Shown here piece by piece: positions 33,884-48,552 of a stretch of 64,000 bases of DNA. The notes below the pieces were generated by a model that was not told where the DNA came from, did no database searches, and saw nothing but the letters and a program-made list of their open reading frames with translations. Origin of the DNA: Amoebophrya sp. A120 (taxonomy: Eukaryota > Protista > Dinoflagellata); assembly GCA_905178155.1 (NCBI GenBank), contig CAJINV010000012.1:926004-990003 (forward strand). The letters run 5' to 3'. The position numbers were made by a program, and so were the translations under genes. The stretch's first letter is position 1; the number at the start of each line of letters is the position of its first letter.

Positions 33884-36800
33884 TTAGCAGCACTTGGAGT
33901 CCGTGTGTTTTTGTGGCTGCCTTTGTTGAGCCGAGGCGCTGGGCAGATTTTTTTGACGCGCAGCGGTGGCCGGATCAACAACAGATGCCGACTGCAGCTG
34001 CGACTGACTACTAGTACCCGCGCCGGCGCCAACTGCTCCACCCGGTCTTAACGCCGCGGGCGCTGCCCCTCCTGGTCCCAGCGTTCTGGCCGCGGGCGCG
34101 GCTGTACCTCCTGCCCCCCCTGCCCCGCCCGGTGTTGCGACCGCGCGCGTCGTTGCAGCTGCCGCTACTGGTGTTGTTCTTGTTGGTAAACCGCCCGAGC
34201 TGACTTTACCGGCCTCTCCGGGCACCTGTGGTGAAGCGACTGTCCGTGTCGGTGTCCTCCCTGTTTCATCGCCTCCTGCTAAGGGTGCTCCTACCGGGTG
34301 TGCTGCTCGGGGTGCGATTTCTGAAGATGCCGCAGGCGCAGCAGCGGCTACTGACACTGTAGGATGAACTGGTGACGCCTTAGGAGGGGGTGATGGACCC
34401 CCCAGACCACGCAGGTCGGGTACCGTGCGGCGATTACGTTCTGGCGCCGGCGGCACCCGACGACTGCTTGCTTGTTCTGGTTGCCGTACCGCCCCACTGG
34501 CGAGTTGTGCCCCGGTATGGGCAGCTTCGCCACCTTCAGGAGCGGTTTTTGTGGTGCTGCCACCCGCCTCGTGTTGCAGTGGATTTGGTTGCGGTTCTTC
34601 TTTGGCAGCATCGTTCATGCTGACTTTGCTTAAAAATTCCCTGAGTTGCTGATTGCAGAGCTGGAGCTTGTCAAGGTCTTTCTCCGTATTTCCGTTATTC
34701 GCTTCCGCTTTGAACTGCTCTAAAGCAGCACGTGCCAGCTGCGACATCTTCTTTCGACGCGGCCTCGGCTCCTCTTGATTCTCCTTGTTTGGCGTGCTGG
34801 ACCCGCCTGTATACAAAGGAAAACCCCTACCACTATCGGAGCGGTTCAACTGATAGCTAGACTAACAGTCGGAGGACGACACCCTTACTTCACTTTACAA
34901 CAATCTTCAATGCGAGGAGAGCGTAGATATTTGCAAAAATGAACTTTACCTGAGTGGATGCGAAAGTCGACGTGGAAGTCCGTACATACATTTAGAAATG
35001 AACTACCGAGACCGTTTCAGCAGTGGGGGTTTCCGTTTTCATAGTCTGTGATGTCCTCGGTCTTGAAAACTTGGGTAATCCCTTGGAACATCACGTCCAC
35101 TGATATATCTACTTTTTCGTACATCTCGGCTGGAAGCCCCAGGTCCGCATGTAGTCTCTTGAGCGTCTCTTCATCATCATGATCCCTGATCAGACGTTCA
35201 ATTACACCCTCGACCACAGCAAACAGCGCAAGCACTTGCGGACCGGGGGCAGACAACGGCACCGGGCATGTTGCTGGTGGTTTTCCTGTTTCTACTTGTC
35301 CGGATATTTTGCAATTGTGATCGGGACTTAGCCAGTTACCGAGGACTTCATTCACAAAAGGCCGTCCGATGTCGTCATTCTGGAGGGTCGAAGTGATAGA
35401 ACTGTGATTGTTATCAAGATTCCGCTTGTTTTGACCTTGATGGCCGCCTTCAACCTCGACCTTGATGGCTTCCACGATCTGCCGACCCACGCCAATGAAA
35501 AGGAGACTAAAATTTTCATGTTCTTGCTTCAACAATTCGCTTTGGAGCTGCGACATCAACGTTTCCGGCGACAGTCCTCGATTGATCGCGTCATCGTGGA
35601 CCACGCTTGCCCAGAGAAAAATCCGCTCCGTGTCCTTTTGCCGGAGAAAGGTGAACAACTCGGGGAAATAGCCCTGGAGAGTATTTTCAGCAGTTGACAT
35701 GCAGCATACAACCCGCTGCATTTGCCGATTCAGTTCCCTAAGTTTCATGTTCGCGAGGATCTCGATGGACCCCTGATAATCTTTGAACTTCTGCTGCCCT
35801 TCTGGAGTTGTACTATCTTCCGACCCATATTGCTCGAGAAGTCTAGCGAGGACATACTTATCCATGGGGCTATGATTGCGTTTCTTGCTGCTGCTGTGCT
35901 GCGACGCGTGCTTGCTATGCTGTAGAAAGGCTTGCTCTTGCAGCGGATTGCCATCGTGTGCGTTGTAGTACTCGTGGTCTTGTCTTTGCTTGCGGTCTAG
36001 ACCTTCCGCTTCTCGGAGGGCACTTCTGCTTTCATCCCTTGTTCCCCCCGACTGCTCCTCGGCCGGCGCAAATGTTTTCATTGGACCAGACGACCTTGCA
36101 CCGGGCGCCGAGGACGCTTGTTCCGTTTCTCCTGGAAATCCATTTATGCAATGCAAAACTATGTATCGTAATCGTATCTATTTGATATTATAAGCAAATT
36201 TTCGGCAGAACAAAAAGAAAATAAAAATCGCATAATGCTGCATTTTATTTTGCCATCATACTCATAGGAACAAGTAGCTTGTCCATGCAATCTTCATGCT
36301 GCTGCAACTACAAGTACGAGTACGACACTAACACAACTTTTACACAGGATACTATTTTCCTCGCGCTGAAACAACATGTCGTGCCCTATACAATCATGAC
36401 CGTCCGCGCAATCCAGACTCGACACTGCATCCACCCCGACAGGGTTGGCTGATGCGGCTACGGCGGCTGCGGTATTTGTCGTCGCCGACTCGAACCCCGT
36501 GCGGAGATGAAGTAGGTGTAGGTGTTGAGATAAATTCATTATCAAGTGCAAACATGTAGTCTGGGTCTGCGCGAAAGTTCTGACTATATGCTAGCTGCGT
36601 CTCCGTGAGAAGCGGTGGACGTCATCAATACAATATTACCCAGCGAGGGACGCGAAACTTTGACCTTATTTGGAAGAAGGGCTGTATACAGCGAGCAGCT
36701 CGCATGAGAGATGGCATATATAAATGACAAACGGCGTTGTCATCGGGAGGTGCTCACTCGCTCCATGCATCGCAGATTCTCGCTTCCCTCGAAAAATAGT

Positions 36801-37666
36801 AATTGCGCAACACAGGTTCACTCGCATTCTTTGTTCAGATCCAGACACATTTGCACTGAATATGACACACAGTTTCGCTGAAGCCACCACCGAACCTTAT
36901 TTCCTGTTCGACACCACCGTTGCAAAACCCCAAGCGGAACAGAACACCACGACCGCCTCCTAGCAGAAGAAATGCGAGCGAGCAGAGAATGACGACAGTG
37001 GCAACCACGAGTAACAAACGCGACACGCCGATGATCTGGGAGAAGGTGAAGGAGTGGTGCTTTGCTACAATTCGACTTTTGGTCGTGGCACTGCTGCTCG
37101 ATTTTCCTTGTTCTCTGTTCGTCATTTCCACCCTTTTCTCCAGGAAATTGCGACTGCGCAATGGTGCGCCTCGCTGCGGCTTCGATTGGCGTGAAGGTGA
37201 GGCCCGGTTCGCTCGGAAACAAGGGAAAAATCGTCGAGGGCAGCACGATGCATAGAGGGAGGTGGGTGGTTTGTCATCATCTACTGCTGCACGTGGACGT
37301 GCAGGATCCTCGAGTGATCTGGAAGGAGATCTTGTTTCAGCTGTGCTGGCACCGAGACTCTGGTCTGCTTCGTCCGGTGTCGTAGAAGTAGTTCTTGTGT
37401 TTAAATTCATTAACTCGGGCCGGTCTACGTCTACTTCATCTTTCTCCGACAAGAACTCCGCGGTGGACAGGCGAGAGTTGTAGTACAACCCTGTGAGTAG
37501 TGGTGCTGTTATTTCGGCTTCGCTGTCTTCATTTTGCGCTCTTTGCAGCTCCCACAGCCGCTCGTCATCTGCAGTTTCGTCGTCCTTTACAACGAACACT
37601 TCCAGTAGGGCAACCTCGTCCCTGTGATGCAATCTCGTCTCCGTCTCGTGCATTTCGTCAGTGGCC
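33884..37666 (-). CDS. Tandem family gene, copy 1: TM segment, conserved globular domain, Ala/Pro/Gly-rich tail ending DSKCC; start not resolved
   Basis: ORFs 36835-37653, 36294-36551, 35017-36156 and 33884-34849. The first three join through degenerate introners 36540-36862 and 36145-36351; the last junction is unresolved. Motifs QQAFLQHSKH-like, FLRQKDTERIFLWASVVHD and CPVPLSAPGPQVLALF are shared with the paralogs. Confidence 0.65.
36145..36351. mobile_element. Degenerate introner (207 bp)
   Basis: TA ends, TSD CCATT/CTATT, in-frame junction EEN|GFPG. The TIR match is weak. Confidence 0.55.
36540..36862. mobile_element. Degenerate introner, family I (323 bp)
   Basis: tatcaagtgcaaacatgtagtctgggtctg / cagatccagacacatttgcactgaata. 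The TSD has decayed, but removing the element plus 5 bp gives VCH|LSQH, matching uninterrupted SHLAQH in copy 3. Confidence 0.7.
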
Positions 37667-40619
37667 TATGCATTGCAAACATCGTCGATCCATCTGGGCG
37701 TGGAATAATCGAATCCGCCCGGAACTCGTGTTTTGTGTAAGGCATGGCTCCTGCAGAGTCATATCATCTAGCGAAGACGCACATAATTCCGCAGTACTGA
37801 AATAAGTAAGCCGTGGATATATCAAGACTATGTTGCAGGGGAGATCCACCCTTCTTTTCCCGAAAGTGGAATGACAATGAGTAAGTAACCGAGAATGAGA
37901 GCGGGACGAAAACTTGTCATGTTGGGGTGCGTTTTTTTTTTTTGCCGTCACTTCATCAACTACATGACTTTCGTGCTTATCCTTGTTCCACGAGTCAGGA
38001 TGTAAGAAACTTTCCTAACCCAGAGGAGTCAACATTTTGACACGATTTTCAATTGGTACAACTTCTTTTGTCATCGTCATCTCGGAGGTCGGAATGGAGA
38101 ATGTTGTAGAGGAGCTGCTACGTCTTGCACAACTCCGACTGCCTTTCAGTGCTGCTCCTCATCTGCGGTTCTCCTTCTACTTTTCGTCTATCACATCGAC
38201 GACGCTGACGAGTTGTTCTTTAAGCGTAGTACATTTTGTACCGCTGAGTCAGGTGCCTTCGTACTGTAGTTTCTTCTTGTGCATCTTAAAACTAAGTGGA
38301 TGAGCAACTTAGTAGTGATTGTAATAGTAAATTGGGGAAAACATTTGCTCGCGCACGTGCTGAGATTAAAAAGAAATATATACGCGAAAAAAGAATTTGA
38401 TTATGGGGAAAAAATCCTTGGGAACTGCAACTGCTGGGCTCGCAAACAAAAACGCCACGAAAGCAGCGATCATATCAGTGCGCTTCCGGCAGAAAAAGCA
38501 AAAGTTGTCGATTGCAAGATACGAGAACCTCACAAAACGACCACGGACAATATTACGGCGTCACCAAGGAGGCGGTAGAACGAAAATAGCGAAGAACCGA
38601 CACTAGCAAGAGACGCTTCCGTTCTTGTTCCGGCCAACCGAGGATTCTTGACATACTCATGATGTTCTCGACGCAAGACAAAAGTACTTAAGCCTATCGA
38701 TGAGTCCAAGTTTTTACCAAATCGATGAAACGACAGCACACAGAAGTTTACACAGATGTTTCTTGTTTGTACGGTACCGATTTCGCAATGCGAAATTACA
38801 ACAGTAGACCACGACATGCAATGTTGACGCTGGGGAAGAAATGCACGATTCGAAAAGTGCTACATCAGGAGAACGAGCACCGATCAGGTCTAGTGATGTT
38901 CTTTGAGGATGACGACCGACGACCGACGACCGAATGGGCACTGCAGGGCTAGCAAAAACACGGAAGCAACGACATTTTTACGTCGTGTCGGCGGAAAACG
39001 ACCTTAAAGTCGTTCTTGACAACAGTGTACAGAAGGTGACGACGAAAGTGTAAAGCGAAAGTGAAACAACCAGAACCACGAATATCACAGCGGCGTCGTC
39101 AACCTTCTGAAGACGCAAGTACGCAAGCAGGAGCGAACCGACACTAGCAATAGATGCTTTTTCTCATCTCAACCGACTCCTAAATCCATCCTCTTGACGC
39201 GGCAAGAACGACCTCACACGACGAAGCAAATAACCGAATATATTCAAGCCTGTTCGTGTTCTACAGATGTGAAAGAAACGACAACGAGGGCAAGCTTATG
39301 CGAGCTGAGTTTAACTTTTGCGAGATGAAGTTATGCACACAAACCGAGCAGGGGATGAAAGCGAGTAGTACCGATGTCGTTGTAGGTCAAAAGACAATAC
39401 AACAGCTACACCGACACGATCGATGGATGAAAATAAAACCAAGAGGCGGGTGGTAGATGCGGAGTGGGAACTGGCATACGACCCTTCCTTGTGGGTAAAC
39501 CACCTGAAAAGTTGCATCCGCTCTTCTTCTTATTCTACACCTTATTTACTCTATACTGTGAAACAAAACTCTTTTTCTCAATCTTCATGGCAACTCTGGT
39601 TTTTATGTATGAACCTCGCGTCTGCCTCGAGCTGAGGCACTCCTTGTTGTGATCGGTCCTTATTTGTTGTTGCCTCATCAAGAACTCGATAATTAAAATT
39701 ATCTGCATTCGAATGATTCTTCAGAAAAAAACAGGTCGATAAAAAAGCAAAAAAAAGGTGCATCTACATATGTCAAGCTTAACAAGAAATCGATGTTTGT
39801 ACACAACTCAAAGTTTATTTGAAAAAGAGGAAAAAAAGGATGATGTTATGAAATTGAAAACGAATGTAAACTTGTTTAAAAAAAAAAATACATATATAAT
39901 CAGATAAGTATAGCCTCAGTTGGTTGAGTTTGCATGCCCTGCTTTTGCTTCTTGCAATGACTTAGACTAACTATCTCAGAGCCCCCCCGGCCCTGTTGCC
40001 GGTTGCCTGACATCGAGCATCCCGACATCTTGCGATTGCTGAAAAGGAAGCAAGCTCCCACGAATATTAAGTGCACTGCTTTGTAAAATTCAGATGAGAA
40101 GTGGAAGCTTCGCACTGTAGCAAGCAACCTGTCATTTCTCCTTGTGATTGCATAGAGCATTCTGAGCCTCCAGATTGCTTCTTGTGGCCGCGAAACGTTT
40201 AACAAGAACTGATACGGAATAAATTAACAAGTAGCCAACGCATGGTGGGGGCCTACTCTGCCCTATTTGCACTTGATCGTGGCTGGTTACGCGGCACAAA
40301 GCTGCAAAGCATAGCACTTATGAAAAATGATTGATGGATAAGTAATAGGTGGTTTATTTCGGCGCTCTTAATATGATTCTTCGTTTTCTCGCGCTGCTTT
40401 GTCCGAGGTCAATCTTCCTCTGGAGTGTGCTCTTCGTTCAACAGCAGCGCTTTCGAAAAGTCGTTTGATTAAGATGATCACTATGGAGCGGCGATTCTCC
40501 CTGTCATCTACAGCTGATTAGGAAGTTGTAGAAAAGTGTTGTAGTACATTTTGTACGTTCCGTTATTGAAGTAGACCACAGCTTCTCGTATTTTCAAGGA
40601 AGGTGGACAAATTAATTTA

Positions 40620-43600
40620 TTAGCAGCACTTGGAGTCCGTTTGTTTTTGAGCCCCCGTCGAGGTGCGGGACACATTATTTTGAGGCGCAGCGGGTGCCGG
40701 ATTAACAGATGCCGATTGCGATGGACGAATGCCCGCAGCAACGCCCCCTGCTCCCGGAGTTGCGGCTGCGGGCGTCGGCCGCGCACCTTCGCCCCCAGGT
40801 CGCGACGCTGAAGCGGCTGCCCCCGCACCACCCCCACCTACCAATCCGGCTTCCGGCATTAGCGCGGCCGACCCGCCTCCTGTGCTGCGCTGCGCTCCAT
40901 GTAGTTGATCCGGGGGCCCCCGGGGCGTGGTGCCTCGTGGACCGCCTGCTGGTTTTGCCCCGTCATTGTCTGGTGGCGCCGGACGATCGGCCGCGGCTGC
41001 AGATGGGGACGCACGGTTGGCTGCCGGTGGTGCGCCGGGTAGTCGTAGTGGTTTCTCAACTACATCACGTCGCCCGACGTCGCGAGGAAGCGCTGGCGCA
41101 GGCGTCTGCGGCGGAACTGGAAGCGATTGCTGTCCAGCGTCCTGCTCCTTTACCCCGACGCTGACCAGAAAATCATGAATTTGCTCCTGGCAGAGCTGTG
41201 CCTTCGTCATCTTCTTGCGTCCTATCTCCTCCGCGAAGTCCGTCTCGAACTGTACCAGAGCGGCATGCGTCAGCTGCGACATGTGTTCTTTCCGCTTTCC
41301 CCGAGCTCCTGGCGGAGTCGTTTCCAAGCTGGCGCTGTGATCTGTGTCCTTGGTCCAGCGCCATGTGTCATAGACCTTTGTAATGTAGGCAATCATAATG
41401 TCGTCGGTTACGTCATCTTTAAACCCCATGGCCTTGCGTAGTTCGGCGAGGTCTCCCGCCATGAGGAGCCGCGCAAGCACTAGCTCGACCAAACGCAAAA
41501 GCTATCATAATCAAAACGATTTCCGCCCGCAGACAGACTCATGCACAACAATGCACACACCTTCTGCAGCTGCAAAACTGTGACTGTCAATGGATGGTAG
41601 TGACGAAGCTGAAAGTAAAGTCTCATGCCTAACAAAGCAGGTTTCTCACTTCTTTTGGCCTGCTTGGCTAAAGTGAATCAGCAACGCTATCTATCTGGTG
41701 AACTGCCCTGCGCACTAGAGAGGGGCTTCGTCGCTGCAGGGCTCCTAACTGAAGCTGAAGATGAGTGACTATCCGTGCCACTGTGCACTATACAAGGTCG
41801 CTTATCATCATAACTACGCAGAGCAGTTTAAATTTTATTTTTACGGTAACGGACTGCGGAAGCTGATGTTTTAAGTTTGATACAAGAGCCATCACTTGCG
41901 GACCAGGCGGCGTCAAATGCTCCGGGCATGATTCTCGATTGGTTTTGCAATTTTTATCGGGGCTCACCCAGTCGCCAAGCACATCAGCAACAAACATCTG
42001 CCCGTTGGGGTCGTTCTTCAAAAACGAGGTGACGACATCTTCCTGTTCGCCTGCGGATGACGTTTGTACTACCGCCGAAGCGATACCGTCGGCCACCCGC
42101 TCGAAGAGGTCATGCTTCTCCTTCTCGCCGTCCTTCGCCAGTGCTATCTCGATGTTGAAGTTCTTCTGCTCCTGCAACTGTTGTGGCGTGGCGCTATCAT
42201 GGACAACGCCGGCCCACAAATAAATCCGCTCGGTACCCTCCTGCCGGAGGAAGGCAAACACGGCCGGAAAAAACTCTTCGAGTGTACGGCCTTTCGCGTT
42301 TTCGTCCACCAGGTCCGGGTTTAGCGCCGCAAGCTCCATGCTTGCGAAAATCTCGACGGGCTCCTTGAACGTCTTGAATGCCCGCTGGCGTCCCTGGTCG
42401 TCCTTCAGCGCTTTTTGCTTCAGATGGGCTTGCGTCCGACTTTCGACGAGCCCCTCTGTCAAAGCATGCTCCACCATTTCCGCGCCAAAGTATACCCCAA
42501 CAAGCGCAGCAGCCTCCTGTGCATTTTCTCGAATTTGTGCCGCCCGGTCTACCGCCCCTCCTACCCTTTCAGCTAGGTGTGTCGTCCCGCCGCCGATATC
42601 GATGTCGCTACTAGGACCAAGAAGATAGACATCGTGAAGTACTTCAGCCGCGCTGCGTAATGCGTCGGAGCCGGCCCCGGCGTCTCCCACGACACCCTCT
42701 GCAGACGGACCAAGAACATGATGGCCGCCAATATCTCCAACAACTCCCCGTACGGCATCCCCCCCTCCTCCGCCTCCAAGATCTCCACCAAATACACCTG
42801 CTCCGTCAACTCCGCCATCCGCGCCTGGTACGGCCGCCGCGGCGACAACGGACCCTCCGCCAAGATCCCCGCCTGCAAGGGCCGCGACGCCATCGGCACC
42901 TCCTCTAACATCCCCGCCTGCAAGGGCCGCGACGCCATCGGCACCTCCTCTAACATCCCCGCCTGCAAGGGCCGCGACGCCATCGGCACCTCCGCCACCC
43001 ATGTCTGGGACGCTCGGGGTGTGGCCGGCAGAAAGTGGGCAGTCTACACCCTTAAGGTCTACGTCTGGACCTGGACATGTTGATATGGAGGGAAGAAATA
43101 GAGGAACTCCACTCGTCCCCCCTCACGATCCCCTTTTCGCTATAGTTCGCTCGCTGTCGCTGGCTGTCGGCCACATGTGCCTGCGAGGGTCACACGCGCA
43201 GGCAAAGAAGTGCCTAAGCCGCGCAACAAAAAACAAGGCGGCGGTGGAGCGCTTCTCGACTTCACGGTCAGATGAGATCAAGACTGGCCGCGCCGGACTA
43301 GAAGGCGTATTTGGATAATTTGGACGCGAAAAACAGAAAATAAAAAGCGCTGAGACGAATCAAACACGCCAAGCGCCGACGTGACCCACGTCGGCACTTG
43401 GCCTGTACCCAAGGTGGGCGCCATCACCATGACAGACATGACACGGAGGGAATGTGCGCCCAGCCGTTTCTTTGCTTCGGCGCCATGGGGTCGAATATGA
43501 AACATTCCTCATAATTACTTCGTCTTCCATATTTATTTCCCCCCCACCACCACACCCTCCGAACTCCTTGTCTAAGAAGCTGGAACATCATCATAATCAA

Positions 43601-46346
43601 AGACGCCCCGAGAGCCCAATCCACCAGGCACCAGCGCAATCGATATATCAAAAACCTGCAAACTATTTTCAATTTGGGATTCGCCTGGACTTGACGTACC
43701 ACACCTTGGTCGGCTACTGCTTAATGCAGATCAAGATCTCCATTTCAGGCGCTTCCACTCCATCAATGAAGTCCTTTCGTGTATGGGGTTCTTCAGGGGG
43801 TGCTTTTACATTATGTTATTTGAGCAAACGAAGATTGGGCCGTCGTCGTGGTCTATCACATCAGAAAAATGAGTCAAGTCAAAAAAGAAAATCGGTTGTC
43901 GTCTTGCCATGCGTGGCAGCGATGGATCCAGCAAGACCTAGACGCCATCCCCATCGAGCACGACTGTTTTGAATTAAGCTGACGGTGACAAGATAAATAC
44001 GCATTTACTCTTATGTTTTCCATGTGTCCAAATTTCTATTTCTTGGCCAACAGAATAAACTACAACTAACATGTCGGCGCACAAAAAATGACATAAACGA
44101 GGCGTCACCTACATACACTCACGTGCACGCCCATACACTTTGCCATGACGACATACAAAATTATGCTGACTTGACTCAAATTATGGTTTTTCCGATAACA
44201 GTGCGCCGCGTTGCAGTTCCTGGAAGTCTTGGTTCTGGTGCAGGGGCTCGCTGTCCGGGTCCTATCACGGAAAAACAAATCTACGTACTCTAGTAGCATT
44301 CCACACAGTGCAAGCGGGGGGGCCACGACATCAATCTTTGTCCCCGCCCATCTACTTCGCGTGTGAACGTTATGAACGTTCAAAATAATCTAAAGAGCAA
44401 CATCGTAATTCATTAGGTGCTTTTATTGTCCTGGTTTCTAGAAGGCTGGGGGTGGGGCTTCAACATAAAAAAGGAAACTACCTCGGGAAGATCCCGGGTT
44501 ACTTGTTTCATTTTTGTGCTGGCAGTTGGTTCTACACGAACGACGCTGGCAGCCATGCAGTGCACCATGATCGATCAAAAAGAGAGCTTCTATGGGTTGT
44601 TCCCCAGCTGCACAAGAAGAAGAACTGCAAAGGGACAGGGAGTGCTGAAACAATAAATAAATTTATTTTCCGGGATAGATCCTCCATTTCCGTGAGTACG
44701 TCCGAATTCTGCTCTTCTTCGTTTTCCTCCTTCGGGTCCTCCATTACGCGCAAAGAGCCATCGATCTGTGGCTGTGCCGTGCCGTAGAAGTCTACTTTCT
44801 TGCCCTGTTCTTGCACCCGCACATCTCGTCTTAACTGCGGGTAACGGTATTGGAGGAGGTGAGTATCATGTTTGCTGTGCTGTAGAGACGCATGTTTGCT
44901 GTGCTGTAGAAAGGCTTGCTGCGGATTGTCAATTTGCGCGCGCTTGTTGTACTCCTCGTGCTTCACACGATGATCTGCCGCTCCCGCTGCTCCTCGGACA
45001 CTGCGTTCGTAATCCCTGCTTCCCACCGACTTTTCCTCGGCCGATATCCACTGCAAATAATATGTCTGGGTTTTCACTGGAAAGTTGTAAAGATGCTAAA
45101 GAAGTTTGTGCATGATTGACATTGACAAAATGACAGGATTACGCAGCAACGCATGACAGATCTTCAAACCGTCCGAAGGCTAAGGTACGTAAACAATAAC
45201 ACGCACGAGAACTTGCGTTTTATTTAAGTAGATGAAAAAGAAACAGCACTATGACTATTCCGCAAGACGCATTACCAAGATCGGGAGTGTAATAGAGGGT
45301 GGGTTCAGCATGATTGCACAAATCTTGCATTCATGCATCTTTCGGACCAGACATATTTGCAACGGATAGCAGGCGCACGTGCACTAATTCGGCCAGATGA
45401 ACTTTCGCCGGGCCGCGTTGAGGACGCCTGCTGTGGTTCTATGCATTGCAAATACTAATGTCTGGGTCTTGCGAGTTCTTGTGCTGCTCATGCTCTCATC
45501 ACAGAGTAGCCATTTTTACCACCCACGGCATCACAGCATCAATAAAAGTAATATAAATATTGTAAGTGTTTCGGTTTCCTGCTCACGCATTCGAGATAAG
45601 ATTCAACAGTCATGTGAGACAACAAGCATGACAAACTTACACTTTTGTTCCAGATGACCCAGACATATTTTATTTGCAATGCGTAATACCCTGTAGTTCC
45701 ACGCAATCCTGCGGACCGGCGCAAAATCCCAACAAGTAGGACACTACGCCACCGCCCCCTGGCAGAAAAAATGTGAGTGAGCACAAAATCACGACAGCTG
45801 TTGTAACCACGAGTAACAAACACGACGCGCCGCTCTGGGAGCCGCAGGAGAACCGGTGCTTTGCTACAACTCTCCGACTTTTAGTGGTGCAGCTGCTGCT
45901 CGATGAATAGAGGGCACCTCCACCAGCGGGTGGTTTGTCATCAGCTTCTGGACGTGGGCGTGCAGGATCCTCGCATAATCTTGAAGGAGATCTTGTTTCA
46001 GCTGCTCTGGCGCCGAGACAACTCTGGTCTGCTTCATCCGGTGCTGTCGTAGAAGTAGAAGTGGTAGCTGAGTTCAAATTTATCAGCTCAGAGTGGTCCT
46101 CTGATGTTCCATCTTTCTCCGACAACAACTTCGGGATGGGCAGGCGAGAGTTGTAGTATCCTGTGAGTAGTGGGGTCGTGATTTGTTCCTCGGCTTCGCT
46201 GTCATCATTTTGCGCTCTTTCCAGCTCCCACAGCTCTTCTTCATCTGCAGCTTCATCGTCGTCGTTTACAACAAAAACCTCCAGTAGGGCAAGCTTGTCT
46301 TCCCTGTGGTGCCAACTCGTCTCCGTCTCGTGCTCTTCGTCAGTGG
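40620..46346 (-). CDS. Tandem family gene, copy 2 (ends DSKCC); exon structure partly resolved
   Basis: ORF pieces 45670-46128+, 44532-45077, 41788-43002 and 40620-41498 carry the family motifs FLRQEGTERIYLWAGVVHD, CPEHLTPPGPQVMAL and SQLTHAALVQF. Confidence 0.6.
42864..42992 (-). repeat. Coding 45-bp tandem repeat, about 3 copies (GGADGVAALAGGDVR)
   Basis: atccccgcctgcaagggccgcgacgccatcggcacctcctctaac is repeated. Confidence 0.85.
45045..45368. mobile_element. Degenerate introner, family I
   Basis: tatccactgcaaataatatgtctggg / ccagacatatttgcaacggata. TSD GCCGA/GCAGG (partial). Confidence 0.7.
45440..45685. mobile_element. Degenerate introner, family I, at the same gene position as 52468-52747
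   Basis: Family I TIRs. Its interior and right flank are homologous to 52468-52747. Confidence 0.7.
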
Positions 46347-48372
46347 CCTATGCATTGCAAACATCGAACGATTCATCTGGGCTTGGAACATCAATTGCCC
46401 CGGAACTCGTGTTTTATCTATGTAAGGCATGATGGCTCCTGCACAGTCATGTCATCTAGCTACGACGCACATTCCGCAGCACTTAAATAAGTACTTAAGC
46501 TGTGGATTATGTATCACTATCATCAAGACTATCTTGCAGCCAGGGGACGAGATCCACCCTTTTATTCCCGCAAGTGGAATGAGTAAGTAACCGAGAATGA
46601 CGAGAGCGGGACGAAAACTTATCATGTTGGGGTGCGTTTTTTTTTTTGCCGTCACTTCAACATCAGTTTCACTTTCGTGCTTATCCTTGTTCCACGAGTC
46701 AGGATGTAAGAAACTTTCCTAACCCAGAGGAATCAACATTTTGACATGATTTCCAATTGGTACAACTTCTTTTGTCATCGTCATCTCGGAGGTCGGAGTG
46801 AATGTTGTAGAGCTGCTACTTCTTGCACTGCCTTTCAATCTTGCTCCTCTGCGGTTCTCATTCTTTTCGTCTATCACGTCGTGCCGCCAGGACTACTACC
46901 ACCTCTTGGTGCAGCTGCGGATGGGGATGATGTTACGCACAAACAACACTCGACGTCGTCCTTTTTGCCTACCCGCTTCTGTAGGCTGGTCTTTCATCCA
47001 TGAGAGGAAGTAGAAGGTGACGTCCACTTCCACTCGTCCTGGTCCTGAGAAGATTAATTATAGACAGCACTTCTATTCATGAGTGCGCACGCTTGTCGAA
47101 ATGAAAATGCTCATCAGTTACTACATGATGTAGGTCGACGAGTAAACCTAAACTCAGCATTTAGATGCTGTGCATTAACATGGGCTACCCTTATTAGAAT
47201 CGAAAACGTTCCGTCGCATCACATAATTACTGGCTCTGCTTTTTCTTGAAAGATGTTGGTGTGAGTTTCAGTACTAAGGTACATTTGAATTTAGAAATTC
47301 GCACCTCGCGAGGCAGAGATGTTCCCTCGCCTTGTTTATGTTTGTTTCTTCATCGGACCTTCTTGACAAAAAAAAACAACGTACTTATTTGGGAAAAACA
47401 TGCGTATCATTCAAATAACAAACGCTAAGCAAAGAAAAAATCTTTTCGGGGGAAAGAAGTCAATGGGCACTGCTGGGCTAGCAAAAACACGGAAGCGACG
47501 ACATTTTTACGTCGTGCCGGCGGAACATGAGCTTAAAGTCGTTCTTGACACCAGTGAAAAGAAGGTGACGACGAAAGTGTAAGTGAAAGTGAAACAACCA
47601 GAACCACGAATAGTACAGCAGCATCGTCAACCTTCTGACGCAAGTACGAAAGCAGGTGCGAACCGACACTAGCAATAGATGCTTTTTCTCATCTCAACCG
47701 ATTCCCAAATCCGCCCTCTTGACGCGGCAAGAACGACCTCACACGACGAGGCAAATAACCGAATATATTCAAGCCTCTTCTTGTTCTACAGATGTAACGG
47801 ACACGAGGGCAAGCTTGTGCGAGCTGAGTTTAACTTTTGCGAGAAGTTACGCACACAAACCGGAGCAGAGGAAAGCCAGTAGTACCGATGTCGTCGTAGG
47901 ATATACAACAGCTACACCGACAAGATCGGTGGATGAAAATACGACCAAGAGGCGGGTGGTAGATGCGGAGTCGGAACTGACGACGCTTACCACCAGCAAA
48001 GTTGCATCCGCTGCTCTGCTTCTTCTTCTACAATCTTATTGAGTCTTCACTGTGAAACAAAACTCTTTTTCTCAATCTTCATGGCAACTCTGGTTTTCGT
48101 TTTTATGTATGAACCTCACGTCTGCCTCTCGCTGAGGCACTCCTTGTTGTGATCGATCCTTACTTGTTGTTGCCTCATCAACTCGATAATATATCTGCAC
48201 TCGAATACTTCTTCAGAAAAAAACAGGTCGATAAAAAGGGAAAAAAAAAGGTACATATGTCAAGCTTAATAAGTACACTCAAAGTTTATTTAGAAAGCAA
48301 TCAATGCGAACTGAAAAAGGGGGAAAAATGGATGATGTTATGAAAACGATTGTAAACTTGTAAAAAAAAGAA

Positions 48373-48552
48373 TGACGTGCGCGCTTCTCAAGGTCAGCGG
48401 TAAAAGCCTCCCACATACTGTAGTGCAATTCCAGAAGGTAAGTGCTTCTGCAGAAGTGGTTAGACCACTTCTGCACCCCCAGTGACGTTTCACCGCCCGT
48501 TTTAGCAGTGCCCGGCCACCAGGGGGGAGTTTGCCCGGCCACCAGGGGGGAG
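48373..48552. mobile_element. 180-bp insertion with a 15-bp TSD (retroposon/SINE-like)
   Basis: Flanked by ttgtaaaaaaaagaa at 48358-48372 and 48553-48567. Absent at the paralogous sites near 33522 and 39872. It ends in two copies of gcccggccaccaggggggagtt. Confidence 0.7.

Noticed and set aside
37667-37810. Introner-like left end (tatgcattgcaaacat) shared by copies 1-3
   Set aside because: No convincing right TIR or TSD; probably an old decayed element.
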